Assembly: GCA_002104905.1 (NCBI GenBank)
Contig: MCFE01000616.1
Location: 1 to 52,617, forward strand
Source of the DNA: Basidiobolus meristosporus CBS 931.73
Taxonomy: Eukaryota; Fungi; Basidiobolomycota
Reading direction: 5' to 3'
Length of the DNA: 52,617 bases
Each line of letters starts with the position of its first letter. Within the stretch, counting starts at the first letter, position 1. The notes under the pieces were generated by a model, which worked only from the letters and a program-made list of their open reading frames with translations, was not told the DNA's origin and searched no databases. Of the stretch, positions 25,686 to 37,766 are shown piece after piece. The translations under genes and the position numbers were made by a program.

Positions 25686-27040
25686 TTACAATTGCTCTTC
25701 TTCGGGCATTTCTTCCTCCTCATACATGTACTCCTCCTCGTATTCCTCGGCGGTGGCGTCTTGGTATTGTTGGTACTCGGAGACGAGATCGTTCATGTTG
25801 GACTCAGCCTCGGTGAATTCCATCTCATCCATACCCTCACCAGTGTACCAATGCAAGAAAGCCTTACGACGGAACATGGCAGTGAATTGCTCACCGACAC
25901 GCTTGAACAACTCTTGGATGGCGGTGGAGTTACCAACGAAGGTGGCGGACATCTTGAGACCCTTGGGAGGAATGTCACAAACAGAGGTCTTGATGTTGTT
26001 GGGGATCCATTCAACGAAGTAGCTGCTGTTCTTGTTTTGGACGTTGATCATTTGGTTCTCGACTTCCTTGGTGGACATGCGACCACGGAACATGGCGGCA
26101 ACGGTGAGGTAACGGCCGTGACGAGGATCGGAGGCAGCCATCATGTTCTTGGCATCGAACATTTGTTGAGTCAACTCAGGAACGGTGAGGGCTTGGTATC
26201 CTTGGGAACCGCGGGAGGTCAAAGGAGCGAAACCAACCATGAAGAAGTGAAGACGAGGGAAGGGAACCATGTTGACGGCCAACTTGCGAAGATCGGCGTT
26301 CAATTGACCGGGGAAACGGAGGGAGGTAGTGGTACCGCTCATGACGTTGGAGACAAGATGGTTGAGGTCACCATATGTGGGGTTGGTGAGCTTCAAGGTA
26401 CGGAAGCAGATATCATACAAAGCTTCGTTATCAATACAGAAGGTCAAGTCGGAGTTCTCGACCAATTGGTGGACGGAGAGAGTGGCGTTGTATGGCTCGA
26501 CAACGGTGTCAGAAACCTTGGGAGAGGGAACAACGGAGAAAGTGCACATCATACGATCGGGATATTCTTCACGGATCTTGGAGATGAGGAGGGTACCCAT
26601 ACCGGAACCGGTACCACCACCAAGGGAGTGTGTGATTTGGAAACCTTGAAGACTGTCACATCCTTCAGCCTCCTTGCGGACAACATCGAGGACAGAGTCG
26701 ACCAACTCGGCACCCTCGGTGTAGTGACCCTTCGGCCCAGTTGTTACCGGCACCGCTTTGGCCGATAGATGTAGTTATCGGGACGGAAGAGAGTACCCAA
26801 TTCGCTGGCACGGATGTTGTCCATGGTTCCGGGTTCCAAATCGACCAGGACGGCACGAGGAACATACTTTCCGTGGGCGGCTTCGTTGTAGTAGACATCA
26901 ATTCTCTCCAATTGAAGGTCAGAGTCACCGACATAGGCACCGTCCTTGTCGATACCGTGTTCAGCGGAGATGGTGTCCCAGAACTTGTTACCAATTTGGT
27001 TACCGCATTGACCGGTTTGAATGTGAACGATTTCTCTCAT
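25686..27040 (-). CDS. TUB2: Beta-tubulin, divergent and intronless; two +1 indels at ~26735 and ~26767 (assembly error or pseudogene)
   Basis: [51 protein letters not shown], acidic tail. The GQSGAGNNW motif is offset by +1 from the N-terminal frame and GHYTEG by a further +1. Confidence 0.93.
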
Positions 27041-27765
27041 GACTTAAAGTAAGGGGCCTAGAAAGGAGGGAGGTTTAGTAGTAAGTTGTGAAGTGGCGAA
27101 GTAAACGCGCTGCGTCAGTTAAAAGCGCGGAGGGGGGCCCGAGTGACCTTTTATCTCTTTTCAGATTGGGTTTGTTTTGATCTACTCCGATTTCAATTCA
27201 GGTCACTTGGTTGGACTATCTGACGCATAAACAATTGAACGGATTCGCCAACAGACCTCGAATCGCCTCAGTTTCGACCAATCATGGGCATTCTCACCAC
27301 CTCACAGAAGGAGTGATTCACAGCCACTCACAAGGCTCGCCCTAACAAAGGTCCAGTGTGTAGATTGGCCAGGCTCGCTTAGGACAGGGGTCATACTTGA
27401 ATTTGCTTGCAACGATCATGGCTTATCGGCCAATTAAAGTATTTCCCTCCGGAAAATGGGGCCGCATCTCCATAAACAAATGCTTTCATTGGCTGATGTT
27501 CTCAGAATGATAAATACAACCTTTGTACTAGGCAGGTTGGTGTGATTTTCGCTGGCATTATTCTCAACTACGCTAACAGCGTAATATGGATATCAATTTT
27601 TGGGGCAAGACATGCCAATTTCCCCACTGTGCTAAAAGGTCGCCTATCTTGTTGCACATTAATCAAACGATATCGTTTGATCATGTGCAAGGAAATTTTT
27701 GCTTCAAGACTGTGAAATCCTGGCCGTCAAATGTATATCCTCTTTCCCGAAATATGATAGGCAAC

Positions 27766-29558
27766 ATGCGTGTGGGAGTGTTGGGAGTGGGTTGGTTGGG
27801 AAGGCGTTCGGTAAAACACTTTGGTAGCATACAGCCATGTGTCAGCTTTTCTACCTCCCGCATAATTCTGGCCAAGAAAGCCAGCGGAAAAAACAAGGCT
27901 GTCCCCGAGGAGAAGCTGCTGCTGGGTAGACCCTCGAACAACCTGAAGATAGGTGTTGTTGGTTTGCCCAACGTCGGGTATGCACGTTTCACGAGGTGGC
28001 TTTGGAGAGTTGCGTTTTGACCGCCATTGTTCCCCTCCCCCATTTTAGAAAATCCACTTTCTTCAATGCAATTACAAACAGCACCGTGGCCGCGGAAAAC
28101 TACCCTTTCTGCACGATAGGTATGGTTTTCCAATGAAAAAAGCTTTCGCACACCGTCCACCTGACCTGTTTGACTGATAGACCCTGAAGAATCGAGAGTT
28201 GCCGTCCCTGACGCTCGGTTTGATTGGTTATGCGAGCATTATAAGCCGGCCTCGAAGGTTCCAGCCTATCTCACCGTCATTGATATCGCCGGACTTGTCA
28301 AAGGGGCTGCCTCCGGTGAAGGTCTTGGAAATGCATTTTTGAGTCACGTCAAATCGGTAGACGCTATATTCCATATGGTTAGAGCGTACGAAAACCAAGA
28401 TATCATTCATGTGGAAGGCGATATCGACCCATTGAGAGATATGGAGATTATCCACGAGGAGCTCAGACTGAAGGATATGGAATTTCTCTCGAAATATCAC
28501 GACACTCTCTCGAAGCAGGTTACCCGCGTTGGTCCAAACTCTTCTCCCGCCGAGAAGGCCAAGAAGGAAGAGGCGGTAGCTATGATCCATTCCACTCATT
28601 GTACAACAGCGGACTCAACTTGTCCTCCATCAACAGGAAACGGTAAAGAAAGTGATGGATTGGGTGATTAATGAAGATAAGGATGTGCGGAGCGGTGAAT
28701 GGACTAATCCAGAGGTAAATTTGGCATGCATGACCTGGCCCATATGATTGTCACTCAACCATTCCCAATAGATCGAAATCATCAATAAGCTTTATTTACT
28801 CACAGCCAAACCGGTGATATATTTGGCCAACTTGAGCGAATCCGAGTATATCAACAAGAATAATAGCTGGTATTATGATTGATTAGTGCTACCCCACAAT
28901 GGCCAGCTTGCTCACCAAAGACTTCCATCAGGCTTCCAAAGATAAAGGAATGGGTAGATCGGGAACACCCTGGGGACTTGGTCATTCCCTTCAGTGGAGA
29001 GTTGGAGGAGAAGGTAAGGCGGGTCTCGACTTTTCGGAGGCGCCTTGGCTAAACTTGCTCGATTAGATATCGGGGCTGACCAGGAAGGAAAGGGAGGCAA
29101 CGCTGAGTAGCCTCAGCACTACATCCGCTCTATCGGAGATTATTGTTGCTGGCTACAAGGCCTTGCAGTTGATATATTACTTCACCGCCGGTACCGATGA
29201 AGTTCGTGCATGGACAGTTCGGGTATGTTCTCCAGTCAGTGATATGCGTGTCCATGGCTAACGCATGTGCCCAATCGTTAGAAAAATTCCAAGGCCCCAC
29301 AGGCTGCCGGGGTAATTCACACGGATTTCGAGCACGGGTTCATCAAAGCTGAGGTGATCAAGTTCGAGGACCTGAAGAACCTCAAAACGTAAGCGCTGAT
29401 TCCCCCGACCCATACACGTGACCCACTGACCTTTGCATCCATGCAGTGACGCAGCCGTCAAAGCGAACGGGAAGTGCCTGCAGAAAGGCAAAGACTACGT
29501 TGTTGAAGACGGCGACATCATTTTCTTTAAATTCAACAAGACTCAGAGCAAGAAATAG
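27766..29558 (+). CDS. OLA1: Obg-like ATPase 1 (OLA1/YchF); multi-exon; start codon approximate
   Basis: [20 protein letters not shown]|[14 protein letters not shown]|[63 protein letters not shown]; frame restored by GT-AG introns. Confidence 0.93.
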
Positions 29559-29867
29559 AGTTGCCTAAAATACAATAAATAGATTTCGGAGATCTTTGAT
29601 CAACATCGTTCGTTTACCCAATGGGACTGCTGGTCGAATCTGTGCGTAAGCCTATCTCGATAATTGCTCGATAATTGGACTGGTTCCCATTCTAGCCAGC
29701 CTCATTCTGTTGCAGAAAGAGTGATCCGATGTGAAACTGTCTTAGTACAGTAGGTAGCATCTGTACTACGATATGATGTCGTTGATATATCTACAAACTT
29801 TGACTTCTGACCGCTATAAATTGGTTGCGTGGGACCTGGTGCGGACCAAGTGAAGCTTTACCTGGAG

Positions 29868-30779
29868 ATGCCGGCAAACAAAACCATTGCGATTATCGGG
29901 AGCGGCTCGGTCGGTGCCTCTATTGCTAGTGCATTGATTTTGCGCAATGTCTCTTCGACCGTACTTCTGGTTGATGTGGATCCCAAGGTTGCTGAGGGGC
30001 AATCGCTGGATCTGACCGACTCACTTTTCCTCTCCTCATCCCACGTTAAGGTTGGAACCTATGCAGAAGCTGGTCAGGCTGATATCATTGTCATCACAGC
30101 AGGAGCAAAGCAAAAGCCAGGAGAGACACGGATGCAGCTCATCGAGAAGAATTACGCCATCCTGCAAAACGTCATCACCAACATGTCGCCCATTAACCCT
30201 AACGCCAAGATCCTTCTGGTTGCGAATCCAGTGGAGATCCTGGCCCATATCACCCAGAAGATTTCCGGCTTACCTCACAATCAAGTATTCGGCTCTGGAA
30301 CCTTCCTAGACTCGGGACGCCTTCGCTCAGCTCTGGGTCGGAAGCTGGGGGTGAACGATACCGCCATTCATTGCTACGTCTTGGGCGAGCATGGTGATCA
30401 CCAGTTCGTGGCATGGTCGTCGGCCACCGTCGGTGGGGTGCCCTTACTGGAATATCCCCAGCTCAAGGAAGTGGACCTTCGAGCGCTGGCTCACGAGGTG
30501 AAGCGCAAAGCGTACCAGATAATCGACCTGAAGGGAGCGACCTACTACGGAATAGGAGCCTGCGTGTCTTCCTTGTGCGAGAGTATCCTGAACCACCAAT
30601 GCCACATTCGCCCTGTTTCCTGTTGGGTTGAGAAGTATCAGTGCTATGTATCGGTTCCTGCTGTCATTGGGGCTCGTGGTATCGAGAATGTCATTGATAT
30701 TCGGCTGAATGAAGAGGAGACTAAGAGTATGGAATCGGCGGTCGAGGCGATGAAGCAAACAATAGTCCATTACACCTAA
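29868..30779 (+). CDS. ldh: NAD-dependent L-lactate dehydrogenase, intronless (Rhizopus LdhA/B type)
   Basis: IIGSGSVG Rossmann motif, TAGAKQKPGETR (Gln specificity residue), VANPV, GSGT.LDSGRL, LGEHGD, KGATYYGIG. Confidence 0.93.
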   Translation: MPANKTIAIIGSGSVGASIASALILRNVSSTVLLVDVDPKVAEGQSLDLTDSLFLSSSHVKVGTYAEAGQADIIVITAGAKQKPGETRMQLIEKNYAILQNVITNMSPINPNAKILLVANPVEILAHITQKISGLPHNQVFGSGTFLDSGRLRSALGRKLGVNDTAIHCYVLGEHGDHQFVAWSSATVGGVPLLEYPQLKEVDLRALAHEVKRKAYQIIDLKGATYYGIGACVSSLCESILNHQCHIRPVSCWVEKYQCYVSVPAVIGARGIENVIDIRLNEEETKSMESAVEAMKQTIVHYT

Positions 30780-31337
30780 GCACAATATCCATTCCAAATA
30801 AATCAAGATCCACACCAGAATTTACTTGATCTCTCGTTTGCGGCCGGTTTCAACGTCTAGTGATGGTGCAGGGAGTAGAGGTTGGCGAGACACAATCATC
30901 CAAGGCAATGGCAATGGTGATGGCGGATGAAACCGAACTAATTGTGAACAAATCAGCCGAGGTACATGACTTGGGTATCATGTTCTTCGTTAATTATTAC
31001 AACGTTTGTCTCAGGAATCCCTGGAATTGTGATGGATCGACTCCAGGGTTAGGGTTGGATAAGGTTTCGGTGGCGATGCTGATTGGCCATGCTTGGATCA
31101 TGTGATCCACTGTGCGATTGTTTAACCTAGCCCTTTTTGATGATTCAGATTAGCAGTGTACAAGGCAATATACGCAATGTCTGGGCCAATGGATATTTAA
31201 TTAAGGGCAATAAACAAGTCCTTTTATTGTTATATAACCACCTTGTTTGCGATCCAGTGTCAAGCGTAACACAGCAATCATTTGTATTCTATAATTTTTC
31301 TTTGCTATTTTCCTACCTTCCACAACTTGGACTCAAC

Positions 31338-32145
31338 ATGAAAACTTTTGATCTGGCCAACTTCCCTACCACAGAAACCATTCGGATCTTGAGCGGATTC
31401 CTAGAGCGCCTGATCAAAGCGAACGAACAACCCTTGGTCAATACAGTCACAACGTATACCCCCTTCCATGCCAAATGCCCGCCTAATATCGACATCTACC
31501 TGTACCTAAGTAGAATCCTCAAGTACTGCCCCTGCTCGAACGAGTGCTTCCTTGCACTGTTGGTCTACTTTGATAGAATGACCGAGTCCAAGGAGGAAGC
31601 TCACCCCGGCAACCGGTCCTTCGCCATTAATACCTACAACATCCATCGATTGGTGATAACTGGGATAATGGTAGCGTCCAAGTTCTTCTCAGACGTGTAC
31701 TACACAAACGTTCGTTACGCGAAGGTACAGACATAGATGTAGATATCTTTGGGCAGAGCTGTGTTGGGCTGACTTTTTGTCTGTGTCATAGGTTGGTGGA
31801 CTGCCAGTGAAGGAGCTAAACCATTTAGAAGTAGAGTTTTTGCGCCTGAATGAATTCCAAATGAATATTAGTGTGGCCGAGTTTCAAATGTACGCCGATC
31901 AATTGTTGAATTATTCTGGTATCGGCAGCTCCATATTTATGGGGGGCAGCATCGAGAAATTGGCCAAATCACAAGGGCTAGCCTTGAGGACAAGAGAGGG
32001 GGGGCCAAGCAAGTTCTCAACCTGCGAGAAATCCATAGATACACCGCTGCAGCGCAACAAGCCCAGCTGGTGCAACACGGAATATCCGTCCCAGCGGACG
32101 GACGAGGAGGACTTTCTTGGTCACGTTGCGTCTCCCGTTCATTGA
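31338..32145 (+). CDS. Pho80/Pcl-family cyclin; 2 exons
   Basis: FHAK.PP.I.IY.YL.RILKY.PCS.ECFL..LVY.DR, NIHRL.ITG.MVASKFFSD.YYTN.RYAK|VGGLP.KELN.LE.EFL; intron 31725-31791. Confidence 0.9.
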
Positions 32146-32551
32146 CACATCGACTTTGTACAAAACATCATTTATAAGCCTTGGCATCCCGCGAGTCAGG
32201 TAATTTAATTGTCCAGAACCAGGCTGGGAACAATAAACATCTTCGTCAACCACCTAGTTTAATTCGAATTAAGATTGATCCACTCTGCGTCTATCTCATT
32301 CATAGCCATTCTTACCATGTATGATCGCCATTTACGGTAAGCATAAACAACCGATTACGCCGTTGTTTCTATTGTTGCGACCTAGCCGAGTGAATTGGTG
32401 ATATTATTAACTCATTGTGTTGCCCAATGAACACGCCAACGTGGGCAACCGTATGTATAGCAAAACAAAGCCCACGCGTAATTTCAATTAAAATACTCGA
32501 TATTTCCCCCTCCAGCGCCGAGTGCAAAAAGGCCCCTTTCTCTTACCACTT

Positions 32552-35345
32552 ATGTACAGATTTACGCTTATCCTACTCATAGTAATCGCCCAAACATTCT
32601 GCGCAGATATCCTTCCTCGGGTGGGCGTCACGAGCGGAGCCATAGCATGGAGGTTGGCGAGGTTCAGGAATTACTCCGAGTTCAGAACAGCCTCGGGCGC
32701 GTCGAACTTCACCAGAATGAAAGAGCTGGTGTCAATGGATAAAGTGGTGGCCTACGACAACGATGGAAATATGATTTTCTCGCGAGAAGACATGCCCCCT
32801 GTGTACCTGGATAATCAATCGGATTTCCTCATCCTACGCGACGGGTTTGCTTACTTTTACTTAGACTATGGTTTCGCCTCTCAGCCACTGTTTCTGCAGC
32901 TATTTAGCAAAGACGGGGTGCGCACGGGGGAAAAGCTTACCATGGCGGAGTGTCACCAGTTTTCAGTGGTTGGGAGCCGGTCCTCGGAAAATACACTTCT
33001 AATAGCCTGGATTGAGTCCAGAAACAGCACCATCGAGCTGTCTTACCGACTTGTTGATTCCGGCGGGCGGTTTCTAACTTCACCAATTCTGTTGGATAGT
33101 GTAATTTGGAACGAATCCGTAGATATGTTCAGCTTATCCACCTCCAGCGTGGTGAATGGGGGGTTTCTAATCAATTGGGTTGGGCTCGATGAAACCACTC
33201 AACAATTCGTAATCAAGTCGGCGTATATCGCAGCCCAACACCCAACAACATATGCAGGGCCCGCCATACTGGCTGACCACCAAGACACCGGCTTTCTCAG
33301 ATTGCTTAGTTGCGGCGGGATTCAGGTGGATGAGGGTCACACCTGTCTGTATGAGCATTGGGGTTCGATTAGCGGCTCTATGGTTGAGCGGGCCACTTAC
33401 ATGCTAACCTTTGCGTACACTGGCTCGGTCCGCAGCGCCCCTATTCTGTTGGACCGATCGATAGTTGATTCCAGCACTGCTCGCTTCCCGAAAGTCGCCG
33501 CCACTTTACCTTACGGAGGCCTACTATTATCGGACCCGCAAAACCACACTGTTTCCTTGATTGACGGCCAGGAAGCACGCTTCCTACAGGGAGATATCGG
33601 CACCTCCATCAGTATTCTACCCAACAATACCGTTCTCTCTTTGAACCAATCGAGCGGTGCGTGGAGCGTGGTAGAAGGATGGAGTGTGGTCAGCACAAAC
33701 ATCCCCAAAACTCTACCAGGTATTTAGCCATTTCACATATGGTGCACCCCATCACGCTGACATTATCACCATTGCTGCAGAATCCAAGTACGATAACAAT
33801 CCCATCATCACGTCAACCTTCCCCTCAATAGGTTCAGTAGTTTCAATCTCAACCAATAATCTCAGTATAACCTTCTTGCAAAATCCCCAGGGATATCTTC
33901 AATCCACAGGCAAACTAGCGATATATCGATCGAGAGACCCCTACCACCCTCGACAAATCATACCGGTCTCCGAGGGGGTCGTGGCCCATGATTTCCAAGC
34001 GCAGATTCTGCCGTCCACTCTGAATAGCCCCGATTCCGAATACTTCGTAGTGGTTGACCCAGGCGCGTTTATCGCCAGTGCCGGTAACCCGGTGCCGGGT
34101 ATACCTCCCAACGTGTGGAAGTTCCGGACGCAGAAAGGTAGGCTTGCTCATTCATCTAAACGCGCTTTCAGTCTCTCACATCGGTCTATCAGATAGTTTG
34201 GAGAAAGGTACTCCAGCACCGGCATCGGCCTTTGTCACCGTACTAACGCTTTGGCGCAGATACTGAGTCTGTGTATTTTCAGATCCGGCTAAGTTCTCCA
34301 GGTGATTCGATGGCCAATCTGGCCGACGAGTTGCAGAGCTTTCTCCCGATCGCCGAGAGTGGCCGGTTGAGAGCAAAGCTACTCCGAACCGAAGATAGCC
34401 TGGATGTTTACCAAGTGAAAATAGGTGGCGGCGAGAATGTTCAGCGATCAGCCATGAATCTCTATGCCGACTTTCGGGTGATGCTGGAGCACAAGGAGAT
34501 CTCGATTCTGTCGTTCGGCAATGCCACACGGCTCATTGACGCCCAGTATGGCGCCACCATGGAAGGTCAGTCGTTCGTGTGGATCATGCAAGTATATTCA
34601 ACATATTCACCGTGATCGCACTTTAGCTGATGTTGTCTGGCATTACCCGGCACACCTTGCGATCATTGGGGCCGCTGCGATTCTGCTTGTGTTTTATGCA
34701 TTCTGCCGATATCGCTACCCCTCAGCGCGAAACTCAATGGTGATCGTGACTGGGCTGTGTGCGTATAGCTTTGTAGTCAGTACGCTGTTTGTTCTTGTTA
34801 GCAGCGAAGAAGTCAAACAGCTGCAAATGATCGCAAGCATACTCTACATACTCCCATATGTTCTGAACATGATCCTTGTGCTGGGGATCATAGTTCGGCA
34901 GGTGTCGGGAAATGCAATGTTCTATGTCTGGCTTTCCAATCGAACCTTCGTCACAACTATCGTAACGTTGATATCGGCATCGAATCCAGCGCTGTTGACT
35001 TTGCTATCATCCAGAATCTTCGGGATTGACTGGCTGGATGCCCCGGTCTCTGAAGGGTTTCACAAACGTGTCATCTATGCCATAATGGTCAATGTGGTAA
35101 CGAAGGATGTGCCATTCCTAGTAATCCAATCGCTTTTCCGGAAGCTCTATGGCTATTTTAAGATCATCCCTTACTTGTGCCTGGTCTCATGCGTGGTGAA
35201 CATTCTTATGGGCATCACGTTGTGTGCATATCATTTTTGGTATCGCCCCAAGGGGCTGATGGCCCTTCGCAACTCTTCAGATTCCCTCTCCTCAAGCCCA
35301 TCTGCGCATCAGAAGCACTCTTCCCGGGTTTCCTCGTTTTATTGA
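32552..35345 (+). CDS. Secreted-ectodomain, multi-pass membrane protein, paralog B of 16635-19573; 4 exons
   Basis: Shared blocks (FRNY..F, KVVAYD..GN..F.R.D.PP, LPYGGLL, LPNNTV, NP.I.ST.P, ST.N.P...YF...D.G, VW.F.T, SA.NP.LL); introns at homologous positions (~33720-33780, 34138-34259, ~34567-34626). Confidence 0.85.
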
Positions 35346-35458
35346 TGCTGGTGTGGTCTGAGAGCCTATATATAGATGTGTACATTTGCATGATGTAATA
35401 TGAAATAAATGCCGAAATAATCCATCATATGCTTGATCTATGGCGTTTATTTATATAT

Positions 35459-36967
35459 TTACTTATCTACCGACTCGCTGATGGCTGCTTCCTGGGCTTC
35501 GAGAACCTCCGAGTTACGGACTCGAATGGTTACTGGCACAGCGGGATCAGCGCCTTCACCGGTGCTGGACATGTTGCCAACTGGAGCGTCAGGGATAATG
35601 GGGACGTTAGGGTTGGGTGTGGCATTGGATCTTCTGCGGGCAGTGGTGTCCTTGATTCGTGCCACCAGCTGGTTGTTGTGTGAGCCGATTTGGTGAGAGT
35701 TCATGAATCCATAAGCAGTCTCTCCCAGAACCGCCAGATCGGTGCCCATCAGCTCCTCGTCATCCCTGAGCCTCAGCTTGAGCCCACTCTTCTCCATGAC
35801 CCAAAGAGTCAAATAGGTTACTACAAAAGACCAGCCCGTGATTGCCCCAATGGCTGCCAGCTGCACTGGAACCTGGATCCAATGGCGATCGAACCAACCG
35901 CCCAATGGGATATTTTGCGCCCCTTCAGGGTAACTCAATGCTATCACTGATTGCTGTGAGAAGATCCCTGTCATCAGAGTCCCGACAATCCCGCTGACAT
36001 AATGGACTGCAAACACATCCAGACAGTCATCAAATGGGAACAGCCGATTCTTATTCGCCACGCAGAAATGACAGATAAGCGCACCGAAAAGACCGAATGC
36101 CAGGGAGGATGATGCGGTTACGAATCCGGCTGCTGGGGTGATCGTAGCTAGTCCAGCGACGGCCCCAGTACAGATCCCCACCAGCGACCATTTCTTGGTG
36201 TTGTAGTAGTCGATCATAACCCACACCAGACCACCTACGCAGCCTGCGAGATGGGTGACCACTACCGCGTTCATCCCCCTGGCGTTGGCTGCAAGTGCGC
36301 TACCTCCGTTGAAGCCGAACCACCCGAACCACAACATGGCAGTGCCCAAAAACACGAATGCAACATTGTTGGGTGCAAAATGGCTTTGCTTGTTGTAATC
36401 TCTTCGCTCTCCAATAAGCAATGCATAGGCGCCTGCAGCTGCTCCTGAGGTCAAATGTACTGTGGTTCCGCCAGCATAATCTTGAACGCCGAGCTTTGCA
36501 AGCCAACCAAGAGGGTTCCATACCCACATTGCGCAGATATTGTACACCAACGTGGACCAGATAAATAAGAAGATGATCACTGGGCCGATTTTCATACGTT
36601 CAGCTGTAGAACCAAAGGCCAGGGCGGGGGTAATGACGGCAAACATGCACTGATATATGAAATAGGTCGACGATGGTATGGTAGGGGCATTGGAGTGGGG
36701 CTCTCTACCGATATGCCGAGCAACTATGTGGTGAAGGTTCCCGATAAAGCTGTTGTTGGTGGTTTCGCTGAAGGTCAAGGAGTAGCCCCAGAAATACCAC
36801 TGTAGCGATACTACGCACGTTGAGACCATCATAAGGAACATGAGTGAAAGAGTATGATTGGACCTAGCAAGTCCTCCGTAGAAGAAGCCGAGCCCTAAGC
36901 ACATTAGAAAAACAAGTGCAGCGGACACCACGGTCCAAGCTGTATCTCCGGGATCAAGTGCGGCCAT
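35459..36967 (-). CDS. Ammonium transporter (Amt/Mep family), intronless, twin-His type
   Basis: MFAVITPAL.FG..AERM, DYAGGT.VH..SG, LWFGWFGFNGGS, ATITPAAGFV, DDCLDVFAVH; ATG 36967 precedes DPGDTAW. Confidence 0.95.
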   Translation of the reverse strand: MAALDPGDTAWTVVSAALVFLMCLGLGFFYGGLARSNHTLSLMFLMMVSTCVVSLQWYFWGYSLTFSETTNNSFIGNLHHIVARHIGREPHSNAPTIPSSTYFIYQCMFAVITPALAFGSTAERMKIGPVIIFLFIWSTLVYNICAMWVWNPLGWLAKLGVQDYAGGTTVHLTSGAAAGAYALLIGERRDYNKQSHFAPNNVAFVFLGTAMLWFGWFGFNGGSALAANARGMNAVVVTHLAGCVGGLVWVMIDYYNTKKWSLVGICTGAVAGLATITPAAGFVTASSSLAFGLFGALICHFCVANKNRLFPFDDCLDVFAVHYVSGIVGTLMTGIFSQQSVIALSYPEGAQNIPLGGWFDRHWIQVPVQLAAIGAITGWSFVVTYLTLWVMEKSGLKLRLRDDEELMGTDLAVLGETAYGFMNSHQIGSHNNQLVARIKDTTARRRSNATPNPNVPIIPDAPVGNMSSTGEGADPAVPVTIRVRNSEVLEAQEAAISESVDK

Positions 36968-37188
36968 GACTAGTGTGAATTGTTTGGACTGTGACCACAC
37001 GATCTTATTATATTTATGCTTAATACGCGAACAGATGACCAAGCCATTCAAGGAAATCCATTCGTCGATTGAATGTCTCGATAAGTATTGGACATGTTTG
37101 GTAAGCGTACCCTCAGTTTCGTCATGACCAACTTCTAATTGGTGCTTGCATCCTTTTTTTGACCCATACTCATCTCAGTCTCAATCTG

Positions 37189-37313
37189 TTCTAGAGTGAC
37201 GGGTAAAATTGGTGTTGTGGCCTTCTAGGGTGACGGGTAAAATTGGTGTTGTGGCCTTCTAGGGTGACGGGTAAAATTGGTGTTGTGGCCTTCTAGGGTG
37301 ACGGGTAAAATTG
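37189..37313. repeat. 34-bp tandem repeat x3.7 (TTCTAGGGTGACGGGTAAAATTGGTGTTGTGGCC) upstream of the ammonium transporter
   Basis: Units start at 37189, 37223, 37257 and 37291; only one mismatch (first unit AGAG instead of AGGG). Confidence 0.97.
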
Positions 37314-37766
37314 CGCTCTCATCAAAAATAGTAATATGTTGCTTGGTTTATACTCTGAAGGTTGCCTCGTTTATACACTTAAGGCTATTCCTTCTTCCCA
37401 TTTTTAATTTACCCTCGGGATGCTATATATTCAAATATGAAAACAGCTCACTGTTGCAAAACCTTTGTTCTGGTAATCCATTAGACCATTCGGGTGACAG
37501 AAAGTTCTTGAAACAGATTCCATTCCAAGCACTAGGCCAATGCGAAAATCCTAGTCCATATGTGTCAGTTAGTGCTCACTTGCCAGACACCAGTTATTTC
37601 AATTAAAACCACGATGAATTGATCATCACCCAGTATGTTTCCATTGTGTTACAAGTCGCTGATGTAATAGTAGCTACCAAATCTGGTCAGCAATGTATAT
37701 CATGATTAACGATAAAAAAGTTGGCAATTGATTCATTCTTGTTTTATTTGGTCGAACAATAGGAAT

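Noticed and set aside
25329-26768. 479-aa + strand ORF
   Set aside because: Antisense shadow of beta-tubulin caused by strong codon bias; no motifs.
31045-31056. Short interstitial telomere-like words (AGGGTTAGGGTT here; CCCTAACCCT at 23653-23662)
   Set aside because: Two units or fewer, no adjacent LINE tail; compatible with chance, though a Myb-type promoter site cannot be excluded.
37189-37313. Possible CRISPR array
   Set aside because: Units are contiguous with no unique spacers; eukaryotic context; no cas genes.
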